From a virus (taxonomy: Duplodnaviria; Caudoviricetes): a stretch of 64,000 nt of DNA. Positions 9,418 to 18,627 of this stretch are shown here, piece after piece (within the stretch, counting starts at the first letter, position 1; each line of letters opens with the position of its first letter). The translations under genes and the position numbers were made by a program. Under the pieces are notes generated by a model. It did no database searches. It was given only the letters and a program-made list of their open reading frames with translations, and had not been told where the DNA came from. The stretch covers positions 27,823-91,822 of IMG/VR virus record IMGVR_UViG_3300021255_004321; one strand, written 5' to 3'.

Positions 9418-9735
9418 TTAAACTCCCATTAAAGTTGCTTGTTCAGACTCGGCATCTTCAGGAAGAACAAAACCAAATGAGTTTTCGATTGTCTTCCAAC
9501 CTGTCTTTTCTGTAACAGCTGCGATAACTTCTTCTTTAGCTTTCTTGCCAATTGAAGGAGCATCAATAAGAATGAACTTATCATTGATAGCTTTCATTCC
9601 TCTTTTCTTGTTCTGAAATGTTTCTCCGCTTTCGATAGGAGCATTCAAAACGTCACGAATTACTTCGTTTGCAGAAGGTGTGTTCTCATATCTGAGAAAA
9701 AGTTCACCTTTGCAAAAATCTTCATACATTACCAT
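9418..9735 (-). CDS. hypothetical protein
   Basis: 105-aa ORF with SD GAGG; fits the operon. Confidence 0.6.
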   Translation of the reverse strand: MVMYEDFCKGELFLRYENTPSANEVIRDVLNAPIESGETFQNKKRGMKAINDKFILIDAPSIGKKAKEEVIAAVTEKTGWKTIENSFGFVLPEDAESEQATLMGV

Positions 9736-9804
9736 TAAGATAACCTCTGAAATATTGTTTAGACAACAATCAACGATTGTGCCGCATATATTGCGGCAAC
9801 ATCT

Positions 9805-10404
9805 TTATTTTGCTTTCGTTCCAGTCGAGCCGAATCCGCCCGCGCCGCGATTGTTATATTTGAAGTCCTTATAGAATTCATTCTCTGAAATCTTGTTGTC
9901 AGCTTCAACATCAACTTTCTCTTCAGTATAAATGCGGGCTTCCTCAGTGCAGTAAACACGAGGCGCAAGCTGTGTTATTTTATCGTCTTCATAGATGTAA
10001 AGATAATCATCAGAAGTGTTTGTCAAAGACAAATGAATTTCACCCTGATAGTTTGGGTCAATTTCACAAGCTCCCACATCAAGACCTTTCTTTGTTGCAA
10101 TGCCTGACTTGTTTTCAACATACAAGTCCATCTGTAAACCGTAAGAGATAAGCGGCATCGAAAGTTCAAGATATGATTTAATTCCTGATGGAATACAAAC
10201 TCTTTCGTGTGGACCAACCATAATGCATTCTTTACCTGCATCATCTTTTGTAATGTTTACTGCTGCCTTTGGATTCTTTTCAGCTTCCTCAGCGCAAGTC
10301 TTTTTGAATGCATCATTGAACTTAGGGACAAAGAAATCAAATCCTACATTACCGTCTTCACGATAAGGGTCTGCAACATCCCTAACTTTAAGAAACTTTA
10401 TCAT
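9805..10404 (-). CDS. dut: trimeric dUTPase
   Basis: All five motifs: GFDF, NKSG, GACEIDPNYQGEI, ITQL, RGAGGFGSTG. Confidence 0.93.
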   Translation of the reverse strand: MIKFLKVRDVADPYREDGNVGFDFFVPKFNDAFKKTCAEEAEKNPKAAVNITKDDAGKECIMVGPHERVCIPSGIKSYLELSMPLISYGLQMDLYVENKSGIATKKGLDVGACEIDPNYQGEIHLSLTNTSDDYLYIYEDDKITQLAPRVYCTEEARIYTEEKVDVEADNKISENEFYKDFKYNNRGAGGFGSTGTKAK

Positions 10405-10435
10405 TATTCCATAACCTCCAAGTTATAGAATAATA

Positions 10436-10828
10436 TTAACACTGTTGTTGATTAGGGCCCTCTTCGTAATTAAGCCACTGCCAATCAGCAGAAATCATTT
10501 CAAAAGTTTTATCAAGGTCCGACTCTAAAGGAGAAAGTCGGCCGAGCAAGTTAATTCTGTATTTCATCCAAAGATTATAATACTCAATTGCAATATCAAA
10601 GAAGGCGACTGGGTTTTCACCCCAAGTGTTCACAACATATCTGTCTTCAGTCAACTTGAGAAACTCTTTAAGTTCTTTATAAAAGTTGCGAACATCAGCC
10701 GCAGCAAGTTCCCAATCGAAATCTTGCTTTTTATATATTATTCTTGTTGCGGCTTCCTTAAATCGTTGTAAGTGTCTTTTGACCCTTAATCTTAAATCTT
10801 GTATTTCATTGTCTTTAAGCTGTCTCAT
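10436..10828 (-). CDS. hypothetical protein, tandem paralogue 4 of 4
   Basis: Shared motif WGENPVAFFDI..EYY..W; start set at ATG 10828 after GGAG. Confidence 0.65.
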   Translation of the reverse strand: MRQLKDNEIQDLRLRVKRHLQRFKEAATRIIYKKQDFDWELAAADVRNFYKELKEFLKLTEDRYVVNTWGENPVAFFDIAIEYYNLWMKYRINLLGRLSPLESDLDKTFEMISADWQWLNYEEGPNQQQC

Positions 10829-11198
10829 TTTCTTCTCCACTTTCAAAAGGGTTTGTTAAAAAATACTTAAAAAAGACATCTCTTACTTCTTGTGTTTGTT
10901 GATAACCACTCCAAAGTGTTGCATCAACAGGCTGCCCAACCTGAGAAAGGTGTTCTCTGTATAAATCATTTATTTTTTCAAACCAAGCTTCAGAAAAAGC
11001 AATTACAACATCATAATAAGATCTTGGGTTTTTAAGAAATTGAAAAAAGTTGTATGTGTCACTAATTGTTTCATAAAGAGGAACAAGGATTTCTTGAGCA
11101 AACGTATAAAATGGCTCATCGATGCTTTGAGCAAAATAAGAATGGAGTTTTGTCTTCAGGACTTCATTGATGCCTGTAATCTTATTTCGTATATCCAT
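10815..11198 (-). CDS. hypothetical protein, tandem paralogue 3 of 4 (most diverged)
   Basis: FLKNPRSYYDV..AF...W; start ATG 11198 after AGGAG. Confidence 0.6.
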   Translation of the reverse strand: MDIRNKITGINEVLKTKLHSYFAQSIDEPFYTFAQEILVPLYETISDTYNFFQFLKNPRSYYDVVIAFSEAWFEKINDLYREHLSQVGQPVDATLWSGYQQTQEVRDVFFKYFLTNPFESGEENETA

Positions 11199-11553
11199 AA
11201 GCGCTCCTATAAAGATCTGCTTTATGATGTACATACGCAATCGACTGATGAAAAAATAATTCATCATCAGTCAAACCACTAATATATTCTTCATAAAAAG
11301 GCAACCAAACTTGTTTGTAATAAGCATCACAAACATCATAAAAAGAAACAACATTGTGTTTCCATTCATTTATCTCTCTTGGGCTCTGAAGCAATTCAAG
11401 GAACTCTTTCAAAGCTTCATATGTTTCTTTTATAAAATCTTCAGGGTCAGTACACTTAAGATAAAATCTAACGCAAGGACGAAGTGTTTTTATAAGGCTT
11501 TCACGAAGCTTGTTTTCTACTGAAAAAGTCAGTGCGTTTTTGAGCAATTGCAT
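11182..11553 (-). CDS. hypothetical protein, tandem paralogue 2 of 4
   Basis: WKHNVVSFYDVCDAYY..VWLPF. Confidence 0.65.
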   Translation of the reverse strand: MQLLKNALTFSVENKLRESLIKTLRPCVRFYLKCTDPEDFIKETYEALKEFLELLQSPREINEWKHNVVSFYDVCDAYYKQVWLPFYEEYISGLTDDELFFHQSIAYVHHKADLYRSAYGYTK

Positions 11554-11917
11554 CTTTCTCAATCTCCTCTATTTTATCAAGCTTTGTATCAAGCACATAA
11601 TTGTAATGTATTTTCTTAAAAGTTTCTGTGAGCCAAATTTCCTCACGAACTAAGTTGTGTTCATTTTTATAAGGGATCCATATCTGTTCCCAATAAGCAT
11701 TGCAGATGTCAAGAAAAGCAATTGGGTTTTCCCTCCATCCATCTATGCAGTTCATATTATTAAAAAGATTAACAAGTTCTTGTAAATTGTCAAATACTTC
11801 AACAACATCTTTATCAAGAGTGTCCCTTTTATCACGATAGTTGAATACGCGGAACACGCTTGAGATATGAACTTGAAGTTCATAAAGTAAATGAAATGCT
11901 TCTTTCCATTCAATCAT
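11501..11917 (-). CDS. hypothetical protein, tandem paralogue 1 of 4
   Basis: WRENPIAFLDICNAYW..IWIPY; start ATG 11917 after GAGG. Confidence 0.65.
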   Translation of the reverse strand: MIEWKEAFHLLYELQVHISSVFRVFNYRDKRDTLDKDVVEVFDNLQELVNLFNNMNCIDGWRENPIAFLDICNAYWEQIWIPYKNEHNLVREEIWLTETFKKIHYNYVLDTKLDKIEEIEKDAIAQKRTDFFSRKQAS

Positions 11918-11930
11918 ATTCAACCTCAAA

Positions 11931-11962
11931 GCAAAAGCCCGCACTCGAAGCACGGGCCTTTG
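11931..11962 (-). terminator. intrinsic terminator
   Basis: Minus strand GCCCGTGC-TTCG-A-GTGCGGGC-TTTT. Confidence 0.65.
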
Positions 11963-11978
11963 TTACTACTTATGGAGA

Positions 11979-12335
11979 TTAAGCAGTTTCTACTGCTGCA
12001 TCTTTCTTTGCTTTGTTGCGCTTTACAGCGGCTTTCTTTGCCTTAGGTTCTTTAGGCAGGTCGGAAAAGATGTCGAAAGTATCAACATTTACGTCTCCAA
12101 CGCGGCGGCGGACTGTGCGGGCGATTCCTTCAGCGTAAGTACCCATATCAGCGTATTCTGACTTGCGGAAGCCTTTTACATAAGATCCGTCAGCAGACCA
12201 AACAAAAGTCAGAATGTCGTCGTTGTCCTTGTGAACTTCGATTTTTCCGCCATTTGGAAGATTTACAACTGCATCAACATCTACGCGAGCAATCATCTTG
12301 CGTACCTTAGAAAATGTAAAATTGTGTTTTGCCAT
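11979..12335 (-). CDS. small putative early protein with Lys/Ala-rich tail
   Basis: Strong SD AGGAGG, class A promoter upstream, own terminator. Confidence 0.75.
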   Translation of the reverse strand: MAKHNFTFSKVRKMIARVDVDAVVNLPNGGKIEVHKDNDDILTFVWSADGSYVKGFRKSEYADMGTYAEGIARTVRRRVGDVNVDTFDIFSDLPKEPKAKKAAVKRNKAKKDAAVETA

Positions 12336-12360
12336 ATTTCGGCCTCCTGTTCTGTTTGAA

Positions 12361-12398
12361 TTACAATAATAATATAAAAAGTTGACTGTAAAAGTTTA
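12361..12398 (-). promoter_or_regulatory. class A (putative early) promoter
   Basis: Exact match to the consensus seen at 499-536. Confidence 0.7.
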
Positions 12399-12430
12399 AA
12401 TTTTTATATAAATTTATTCTTTTTTTTTCA

Positions 12431-12493
12431 TATTTATTCCCTCCATTATAGTTCAAATTTTATTTTGACAGATTTCAAGAAAATGTCAAAATA
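12431..12493. repeat. conserved intergenic element, copy 1 (27-bp core plus TATTTTGACA-N13-TGTCAAAATA inverted repeat)
   Basis: TATTTATTCCCTCCATTATAGTTCAAA (12431-12457) is identical at 61145-61171 and nearly identical, inverted, at about 22821-22847. Confidence 0.85.
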
Positions 12494-12515
12494 TGCAGAT
12501 TTAAGTGGTTTTTTG

Positions 12516-12522
12516 ACTAAAT
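12516..12522 (+). promoter_or_regulatory. class C (putative late) promoter motif ACTAAWW
   Basis: Also at 1657-1663(-), 2715-2721(-), 13099, 13885, 17313, 22896, 25847, 28244, 35301, 35666, 38772, 39517, 41630-41636(-), 41655, 42704, 54459, 54736, 56069, 62463; mostly upstream of virion genes. Confidence 0.7.
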
Positions 12523-12526
12523 AAAA

Positions 12527-13099
12527 ATGACTTATCAAAATACGGAGGATTATATAAAAAGACATATTGAAAGGGTCCGTAAGCATCTTTTGACATTTAT
12601 TCTGCTCTTGCAAGTTCGTGCTCAACGCCACGACTACTCTAAATTACAGGAGCCTGAATTAAGTTGGTGGAAAGATATGGACAAGGAGCCTCGTTATCCC
12701 TATGGGTCCCCTCAGTATGTTGCAAAAATGAGAAGATGGAAATATGTGTTTGACCATCATTATAAGTGCAACCGCCACCACCCAGAACACTTTGAATTTG
12801 GCATTCAAGGAATGAACTTAGTCGACGTTATTGAGATGCTTTGTGATTGGATTGGGTATAAAGATTACATATCAATTACTGAAGCGATTTCAACAGTTGA
12901 GCAACAAATGAAAAGATACGGCTTTTCAGATGACTTAAGTTACATTATCAAAAATACTTTAATTGATTACTTCTCAATTATGGGAGGCTTCCATAAAGGT
13001 GAAATGGACCTCCCAGGCGGCTTAGTTGAAGAATTAGGTTATCATAGAGAAAAAGTTAAAGAAGTTGAAGACATACATCATATCGACATCTTGGCATAA
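12527..13099 (+). CDS. DUF5662-family HD-like metal-dependent hydrolase
   Basis: HIERV...HDYSKL...HHYKCNRHHPEHF...MNLVDVIEMLCDW. Confidence 0.75.
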   Translation: MTYQNTEDYIKRHIERVRKHLLTFILLLQVRAQRHDYSKLQEPELSWWKDMDKEPRYPYGSPQYVAKMRRWKYVFDHHYKCNRHHPEHFEFGIQGMNLVDVIEMLCDWIGYKDYISITEAISTVEQQMKRYGFSDDLSYIIKNTLIDYFSIMGGFHKGEMDLPGGLVEELGYHREKVKEVEDIHHIDILA

Positions 13100-13121
13100 C
13101 TAATTATAAAAGGAACCGACT

Positions 13122-13811
13122 ATGGAAAAGAAACAACTTTTTGAAAATATCTTAAAAGAGAATGTTGAACTTGATGATGCTTTCTCACGCTTTAGAGAAG
13201 CATTCCTTGACAATATGAAATCTTATATTGATGAGGAAACAATTGACAACATTTTAAGTTCAGTTTCAGGACGCTGGGCTTTAAGAAGTTATCGCGACTA
13301 TTATGTTGTGTTGAATGTAAAAGGTAAAGGTTGGGGCAACTTCGATCTTTACAATAAAGACAACAGAGCAGCAAGTTGGAAACTTGCCTCAGCAGGATAT
13401 GAAAGTATTATGCAGCACCATCAAGATGATTTCTATCAAGATTGGAATGAAACTTTCAAAGAAGAGTTTGGCGTTGATATTTATGTTTTAGGCCGCAGTG
13501 GCGGATGGTGGGGATTCAAAGAAGATGACTTCCTTGACGAACTTACAGTTGACAATGACAAACTTAGAGAAGTCTTTGACTCAAGATATGCAACATTGTT
13601 CGCAGGTACAGAAGACTCTGACGATGAAGAAGATGTTGCAGTTGAAGTTCTTGAAGATGATTCAGTAAACTTGGCAGAGATTATCAAAATCAACCCTGAG
13701 TTTAAATCTTATATGGAAGACTTTGCAGCATCAGTTGATAAGACATCTGATTACTGGGAGTCTGAAGAGTTCAACGATGAACAGTACAAAGCTGACTTCT
13801 TGCTTAACTAA
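13122..13811 (+). CDS. acidic protein, possible internal head protein
   Basis: N-terminal LFENILKE motif shared with 62474-62656; class C motif upstream; GRSGGW motif. Confidence 0.55.
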   Translation: MEKKQLFENILKENVELDDAFSRFREAFLDNMKSYIDEETIDNILSSVSGRWALRSYRDYYVVLNVKGKGWGNFDLYNKDNRAASWKLASAGYESIMQHHQDDFYQDWNETFKEEFGVDIYVLGRSGGWWGFKEDDFLDELTVDNDKLREVFDSRYATLFAGTEDSDDEEDVAVEVLEDDSVNLAEIIKINPEFKSYMEDFAASVDKTSDYWESEEFNDEQYKADFLLN

Positions 13812-13839
13812 ATAGCTCTCGAAAACAACATTATATATG

Positions 13840-13866
13840 CAAGGGATTTCGTAAGAGGTCCCTTGT
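13840..13866 (+). terminator. hairpin/terminator
   Basis: CAAGGGATTTC-GTAA-GAGGTCCCTTG, GNRA loop with G-U pairs on plus. Confidence 0.6.
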
Positions 13867-13906
13867 ATAGTTTTAAACCGACTAACTAATAATACGAGGT
13901 ATTTTA

Positions 13907-16900
13907 ATGGATGCAAGTGATATTGCTGCTCTTGTAAGTGGAAAAGGCGGCTTATCTCCAGAAGATTCAAACAATTTAGAAAATCTCTCAACAAACAGCA
14001 AAGGCTTTCTCGATGGTATCAATGAGACAAAGTCAATTGCTCAGAAGCAACTTAACTATGTCTCTGACATTGCAGTTGATGTAGGTACTAAAGGTTGGTT
14101 TGCTGAAACATTAGGAAAACTCGTAGATAACTTTGAAGAAAACACTGTAAAAGAAGATGAAGGTAGAACACTCTCTGAAGAGATTAAAGATATATTGTCT
14201 GATATGAAAATCTTCGAAGAGACAACAAACACTGATAATAAAGAAAAGAAAAAGAAAAGAGGTAAAGTTTCAGATAGAACAAAGCTTGATGACTTGAAAT
14301 CTTTGCCATACGAGTTCGCAACACTCGGTGCTGTATTGGCAAATGCCCTTACAAATAAAGATGAAAAGAAAGACAAGAAAGGCGGCATTTCAGGATTCTT
14401 TAAAGGCCTTCTTGAAGGCGTAGGTGGAATCGCTGCTCTCGGTGTAGCTTTGTTCGCATTTGCAGGTGCAACTTTAATATTCAATTTCGTTGACTGGGGC
14501 AAGGCAGTTGTAGGTATGCTTGCATTTACAGTATTCACTATCGGTATAGTTGCGCTTGCCAAAGCTTTGAAACAAGATGAGAAAGATTTAACGAGTTTTG
14601 CAAAAACATCTCTAATGTTGTCAGCGGCTCTTGGAGTGTTTGCTGTTTCATTGTATCTTGTATCTGCTGTCGTAGGTTCAGAAGGCGTTACAATTGCAGG
14701 TAAAGAAATCGTTCCTCCTTTTAGTTTGGGAAATGCAATTGCAGGCACTTTGTTATTCTTAGGATTCTTGACAGGAGTTGCACTTATATCACATATCGTT
14801 GCAAAAGAAAATAAAAGCTTTGTTGAATTCGCAAAAGCTTCATTAGTTCTTTCAGCTGCATTAGGTGTATTCGCAATTTCATTGTATGTAGTTTCTGCTG
14901 TTGTAGGATCACAAGGCGTCATAATTGGTGGAAAGCAAATTGTTCAGCCATTTGACTTAAGTGACGCAATAAAAGGAACTGGGTTGTTCTTAGGATTCTT
15001 ATTAGGCGTTGCAATAATCAGTAATGTAGCAAGTCAAAGTGAAGATGACTTTACAAAGTTTGCAGCTGCATCAATGTTGATGTCAGTTTCATTGGTTTTG
15101 TTCTCATTCTCACTTGCAATCGTTTCAGCTATGTACAGCTCAAAAGAATTAAAGATTGGTGAGTTTGAAGTCCCTAAAGTTGACATCCCAGGTGCTATGA
15201 TTGGCCTCGGCTTATTCTTAGGTTTTATTCTTGCATTTACAGGTATCGCAATTTTAGCAAACTCATTTGGCGGTAACATACTCGCATTCACTGGCGTTTC
15301 ATTGCTTATGTCAGTTTCTTTGATAACATTCTCTGTTGCAATGGCAATTACTGCAGGTGTTGTAAGTGGGCAAGGTGTTTCATTTGGCGATATAAAGTTT
15401 ACACCTCCACAGGATGTTGCAAAAAATGCTTTAATTGGTATTGCTGAGATGGCTGCATTTATGGTAGCATTTGCAGGATTAGGTGCACTCTTCTTAATCC
15501 CATTTGCAGGACAAGCAATGTTAGCAGGTATCGCAATGGCATCAGGTGCATTACTTGCAATTGCAGGAACAACAATTTTATTCTCAAAAGCTATGATGCT
15601 TGCAGGCCTCGCAATGACAGGTGGTGAAGCTGAAATTGGTGGGGAAACATATAAGCTTCCAAAATATAATGAAGCAGCAACAGAAGCAATGTTTGATTTG
15701 ATGGCAGACTTTATTGATATGTTTGCCGACCTTGCTGATGATATTGGTAAGAAAGGGATGAAGGCTGTTGAAAAACTTGGTAAGTCAGTTATTCCTATCA
15801 TCAATGCAATGGACAAAATGGTTGATGTTGTTATTAAAGCAGGAGAAAATTACGATAACATTATAAAGATTGTAAACGGCGACTCAAACGCTCTTGACCA
15901 TTTAATGGACCCAGTTATGTATGTAATCTTGGGCCATAAGCTTGATGGCGAAGGTGGTTTGATGTATGTTGCAAACAATATGAGCAAGTACAGTGCAAAG
16001 GTTCTTAAACTTGTTGGTGAAGCACTTGTTCCTGTTACAGATGCAATGCTCAATATGATTGATGTTGTTATCAAAGCAGCAGACAATAAGCAAAAGATTG
16101 AAGATATAATGTCATCTCAGGGCGGAATGGATATGCTTGACCATTTGATGGACCCTGTTCTTTGGATGATTCTTGGCCATAATATAGACGGTGCAGGTGG
16201 CTTAATGTATGTTGCAACTTATATGAGTTCTTGGAGCGCAAAAACATTAAAGCTCGTAATTGAGTCTATGGTTCCTCTTACAGAAGCAATGAGCAATATG
16301 ATTGACATTGTCTTGAAGGCTGCAACACTTTCTGCAGAAGGTATGACAACAGAAGAACTTGTTGCCCTCGCAATGAACAACCTTAATTTAATTATGGTAG
16401 GAAATGGTGCAATCTCAGGATTCCTTCCAATGTTTGTTGCTACTGCAAGTAAATTAGACGATACATCAAAAGATGCGATAGAAGCAATCAACTCAATGCC
16501 TCCTATGGTACAAGCACTCGGTGATATGATTGGTGTTGTTGCAAAAGCAGGTGAACTTGACCCAGCAAAAATTGATGCAGGTATTTATGGTTTGACTGCA
16601 GCATCAAACTTCTTAAGAACATTCATTAAAACAATTGCTGATATTATCCCAGGCGGAGTTGGCGGCTTCTTTACAAGTATGTTTGAAGGTGACCCACTTG
16701 AAAAAGTTAAAGAAGCTCACAAGTACTTACAGCCGGGCGGTATCTTCTATAACATCTTTGAAGACTTGGCAAATATTGCAAAGAACTTTGATGGAAAAGG
16801 TTTTGAAAATCTTGGTAAAGTATCAATCGTAGGTTCATTTACAACTGATATGCTTAAGGGTTCTGATAACTTCAAAGACATAATGAAGAACATCCAAAAA

Positions 16901-17317
16901 GGTATTGATAATCTTTCAAAGCCTCAGTCTATGACAACTGTTGCAAATGCTCTTGAGACAATTTCAAATGCAGGTGACATCAGCCATAAGTTCGACCCAA
17001 TCTATGAACTTATTGAAAAGTCAGTAAGTATTCACTCAACTGCTCAGGACCTCGAAAGTATTGCTAATTCATATAACAAGATCGCCGCTGCAGAAAAGAT
17101 TGGCGATATGAGTTCAAGATTTAAAGGTGTATTTGGTATTAAGAGTTCAACACCTACAACAGCAGCAGCTCCTGCTGCCGCAGCCGATAATATGAACAGC
17201 GGAATGACTGTTGAAGAGATACTTAATGATTGGTATAAGAACGGCGTTAAGATTAAACAGAATCTTGAAAATGTAAAAGAAGAACCTAAACCTGTTAATC
17301 TTTTAAGCATCGACTAA
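13907..17317 (+). CDS. tail tape measure protein with multiple transmembrane repeats
   Basis: 1136 aa, Ala/Gly-rich and helical, ~78-aa hydrophobic repeats; canonical position upstream of tube-initiator/hub/spike genes. Confidence 0.75.
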   Translation: MDASDIAALVSGKGGLSPEDSNNLENLSTNSKGFLDGINETKSIAQKQLNYVSDIAVDVGTKGWFAETLGKLVDNFEENTVKEDEGRTLSEEIKDILSDMKIFEETTNTDNKEKKKKRGKVSDRTKLDDLKSLPYEFATLGAVLANALTNKDEKKDKKGGISGFFKGLLEGVGGIAALGVALFAFAGATLIFNFVDWGKAVVGMLAFTVFTIGIVALAKALKQDEKDLTSFAKTSLMLSAALGVFAVSLYLVSAVVGSEGVTIAGKEIVPPFSLGNAIAGTLLFLGFLTGVALISHIVAKENKSFVEFAKASLVLSAALGVFAISLYVVSAVVGSQGVIIGGKQIVQPFDLSDAIKGTGLFLGFLLGVAIISNVASQSEDDFTKFAAASMLMSVSLVLFSFSLAIVSAMYSSKELKIGEFEVPKVDIPGAMIGLGLFLGFILAFTGIAILANSFGGNILAFTGVSLLMSVSLITFSVAMAITAGVVSGQGVSFGDIKFTPPQDVAKNALIGIAEMAAFMVAFAGLGALFLIPFAGQAMLAGIAMASGALLAIAGTTILFSKAMMLAGLAMTGGEAEIGGETYKLPKYNEAATEAMFDLMADFIDMFADLADDIGKKGMKAVEKLGKSVIPIINAMDKMVDVVIKAGENYDNIIKIVNGDSNALDHLMDPVMYVILGHKLDGEGGLMYVANNMSKYSAKVLKLVGEALVPVTDAMLNMIDVVIKAADNKQKIEDIMSSQGGMDMLDHLMDPVLWMILGHNIDGAGGLMYVATYMSSWSAKTLKLVIESMVPLTEAMSNMIDIVLKAATLSAEGMTTEELVALAMNNLNLIMVGNGAISGFLPMFVATASKLDDTSKDAIEAINSMPPMVQALGDMIGVVAKAGELDPAKIDAGIYGLTAASNFLRTFIKTIADIIPGGVGGFFTSMFEGDPLEKVKEAHKYLQPGGIFYNIFEDLANIAKNFDGKGFENLGKVSIVGSFTTDMLKGSDNFKDIMKNIQKGIDNLSKPQSMTTVANALETISNAGDISHKFDPIYELIEKSVSIHSTAQDLESIANSYNKIAAAEKIGDMSSRFKGVFGIKSSTPTTAAAPAAAADNMNSGMTVEEILNDWYKNGVKIKQNLENVKEEPKPVNLLSID

Positions 17318-17329
17318 TAAGAGGATATA

Positions 17330-18298
17330 ATGGCAAACGATAAATTTGATAGAAGACAAACAAGCAGTGAAACATTCTTAGAGAATAAAGAAAATCCTGT
17401 TCCTCTTAGACTCGTAGGTCCTTATGGAAAAGTTCCTAATTGGAAATGCATTGACTTTTGGATGGGAGGATTTGAAGGCAAAAATCCAGTAGGTGAGTCT
17501 CTTGTTAAAAGACAAAATTGGCGCAGCAATGCTTACGGTAATATCGATTTCACAAAACACCCTGTAAATGATAACATATTACTTATACCTGAAGGAATGA
17601 CGCTTGAGGTTTCAGGTGGACAAAATCTTGCTGATGTGAATGAGTCATTAGGTAAAAGCGATGACTTCTTGGCGATCTTGTCTGAAGCTACTGCAATTAT
17701 TACAGGCTCAATGTCTGTTCCTCAATGGAAACCTAAAGTTCTTGAGGGCCTTAATCCTCTTAAGCTTGCACAAGGATTTAAATTTAATTTTCACTATGGA
17801 GCGGGCGGACTTTATGATGCTTTTGAAGAAGTAGTTAAACCTATCTTTGCTCTTGTAGGTTTCTTTGGTGTTAAAACAACAAATGGAGCAGCAAGCCCAA
17901 TCATATCAACAAGTGACCTTCCATATCCTACAAAAGGTTTGTTTATGTTTAATAAATTAAAGGGAGCAGTATCAGGTGTTTCTGATTTATTAAAAAATGG
18001 ATTGGAAGGGAAGTCTGGAGCAGAGAAACTTGCAGATGCAAATGCAAAACTTCAAGCTGCTTTGGCAAGTGGCGCTCTTGGAATCGCATCAAGCTCAAGA
18101 TACCACAACTTATGGATTTCTTGGGGCCGTTTTACACTTGGTCCTTTCCAATATTCAGAGATTAAGTATTCTTTTGATATGAGTATGTTCGACTCAAACG
18201 GTTGGCCGATGAATGGCACTTTTGAAATAAGTGGTTTGGAATCTATGCGTGTATCTTCTTCAAGCGCAATGGTTTCACCTGTTATTGTAGGAGCTTAA
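17330..18298 (+). CDS. baseplate/tube-initiator protein (gp48/gpU-like)
   Basis: C-terminal 'ISWGRF...SEIKYSFD...DSNGWPMNGTFEIS' pattern; directly after the tape measure. Confidence 0.55.
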   Translation: MANDKFDRRQTSSETFLENKENPVPLRLVGPYGKVPNWKCIDFWMGGFEGKNPVGESLVKRQNWRSNAYGNIDFTKHPVNDNILLIPEGMTLEVSGGQNLADVNESLGKSDDFLAILSEATAIITGSMSVPQWKPKVLEGLNPLKLAQGFKFNFHYGAGGLYDAFEEVVKPIFALVGFFGVKTTNGAASPIISTSDLPYPTKGLFMFNKLKGAVSGVSDLLKNGLEGKSGAEKLADANAKLQAALASGALGIASSSRYHNLWISWGRFTLGPFQYSEIKYSFDMSMFDSNGWPMNGTFEISGLESMRVSSSSAMVSPVIVGA

Positions 18299-18300
18299 AA

Positions 18301-18627
18301 ATGAAAAGTAGATACGATTATTATGAAAGTTCACAACAAACTGATGTCGATGGCGAACAGTGGCCTGACCCACTTTCAGTATCTTTCAATGATGTTCAAT
18401 TGACAAAAGCACCTACGCTCATTCAAATCACAGATGCTGATATTACAAAGTTTTGGCTTTTTATGAAAGATCATTATGGTTTGCAAGAGATGGACGACAT
18501 CTTACTAAATTTAAACGCCATTCCGTTTTTAGGTATGGAACGCCCAGGTGATAAGATATATCTTGTTGACATCAATGATATGGAAAAATTCAATACACAG
18601 AAGTTGGGTGAGTCGGAGGATTACTAA
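18301..18627 (+). CDS. baseplate wedge gp53/LysM-like protein
   Basis: MKSRY...DHYG...DILLNLNAI...RPGDKIYL pattern and synteny. Confidence 0.6.
   Translation: MKSRYDYYESSQQTDVDGEQWPDPLSVSFNDVQLTKAPTLIQITDADITKFWLFMKDHYGLQEMDDILLNLNAIPFLGMERPGDKIYLVDINDMEKFNTQKLGESEDY

Noticed and set aside
12445-12489. TTGACA and TATAAT in the conserved element as a sigma70 promoter
   Set aside because: Spacing is 33 bp here and at 22789-22833, not about 17
13807-13866. Small RNA from ACTAAAT (13807) to the GTAA hairpin
   Set aside because: The motif is explained by the AAC-TAA gene end and the hairpin by termination; no independent support
14056-16491. Long antisense ORFs (288 and 260 aa) inside the tape measure
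   Set aside because: Shadow ORFs produced by codon bias of the sense gene; no SD or promoter motif
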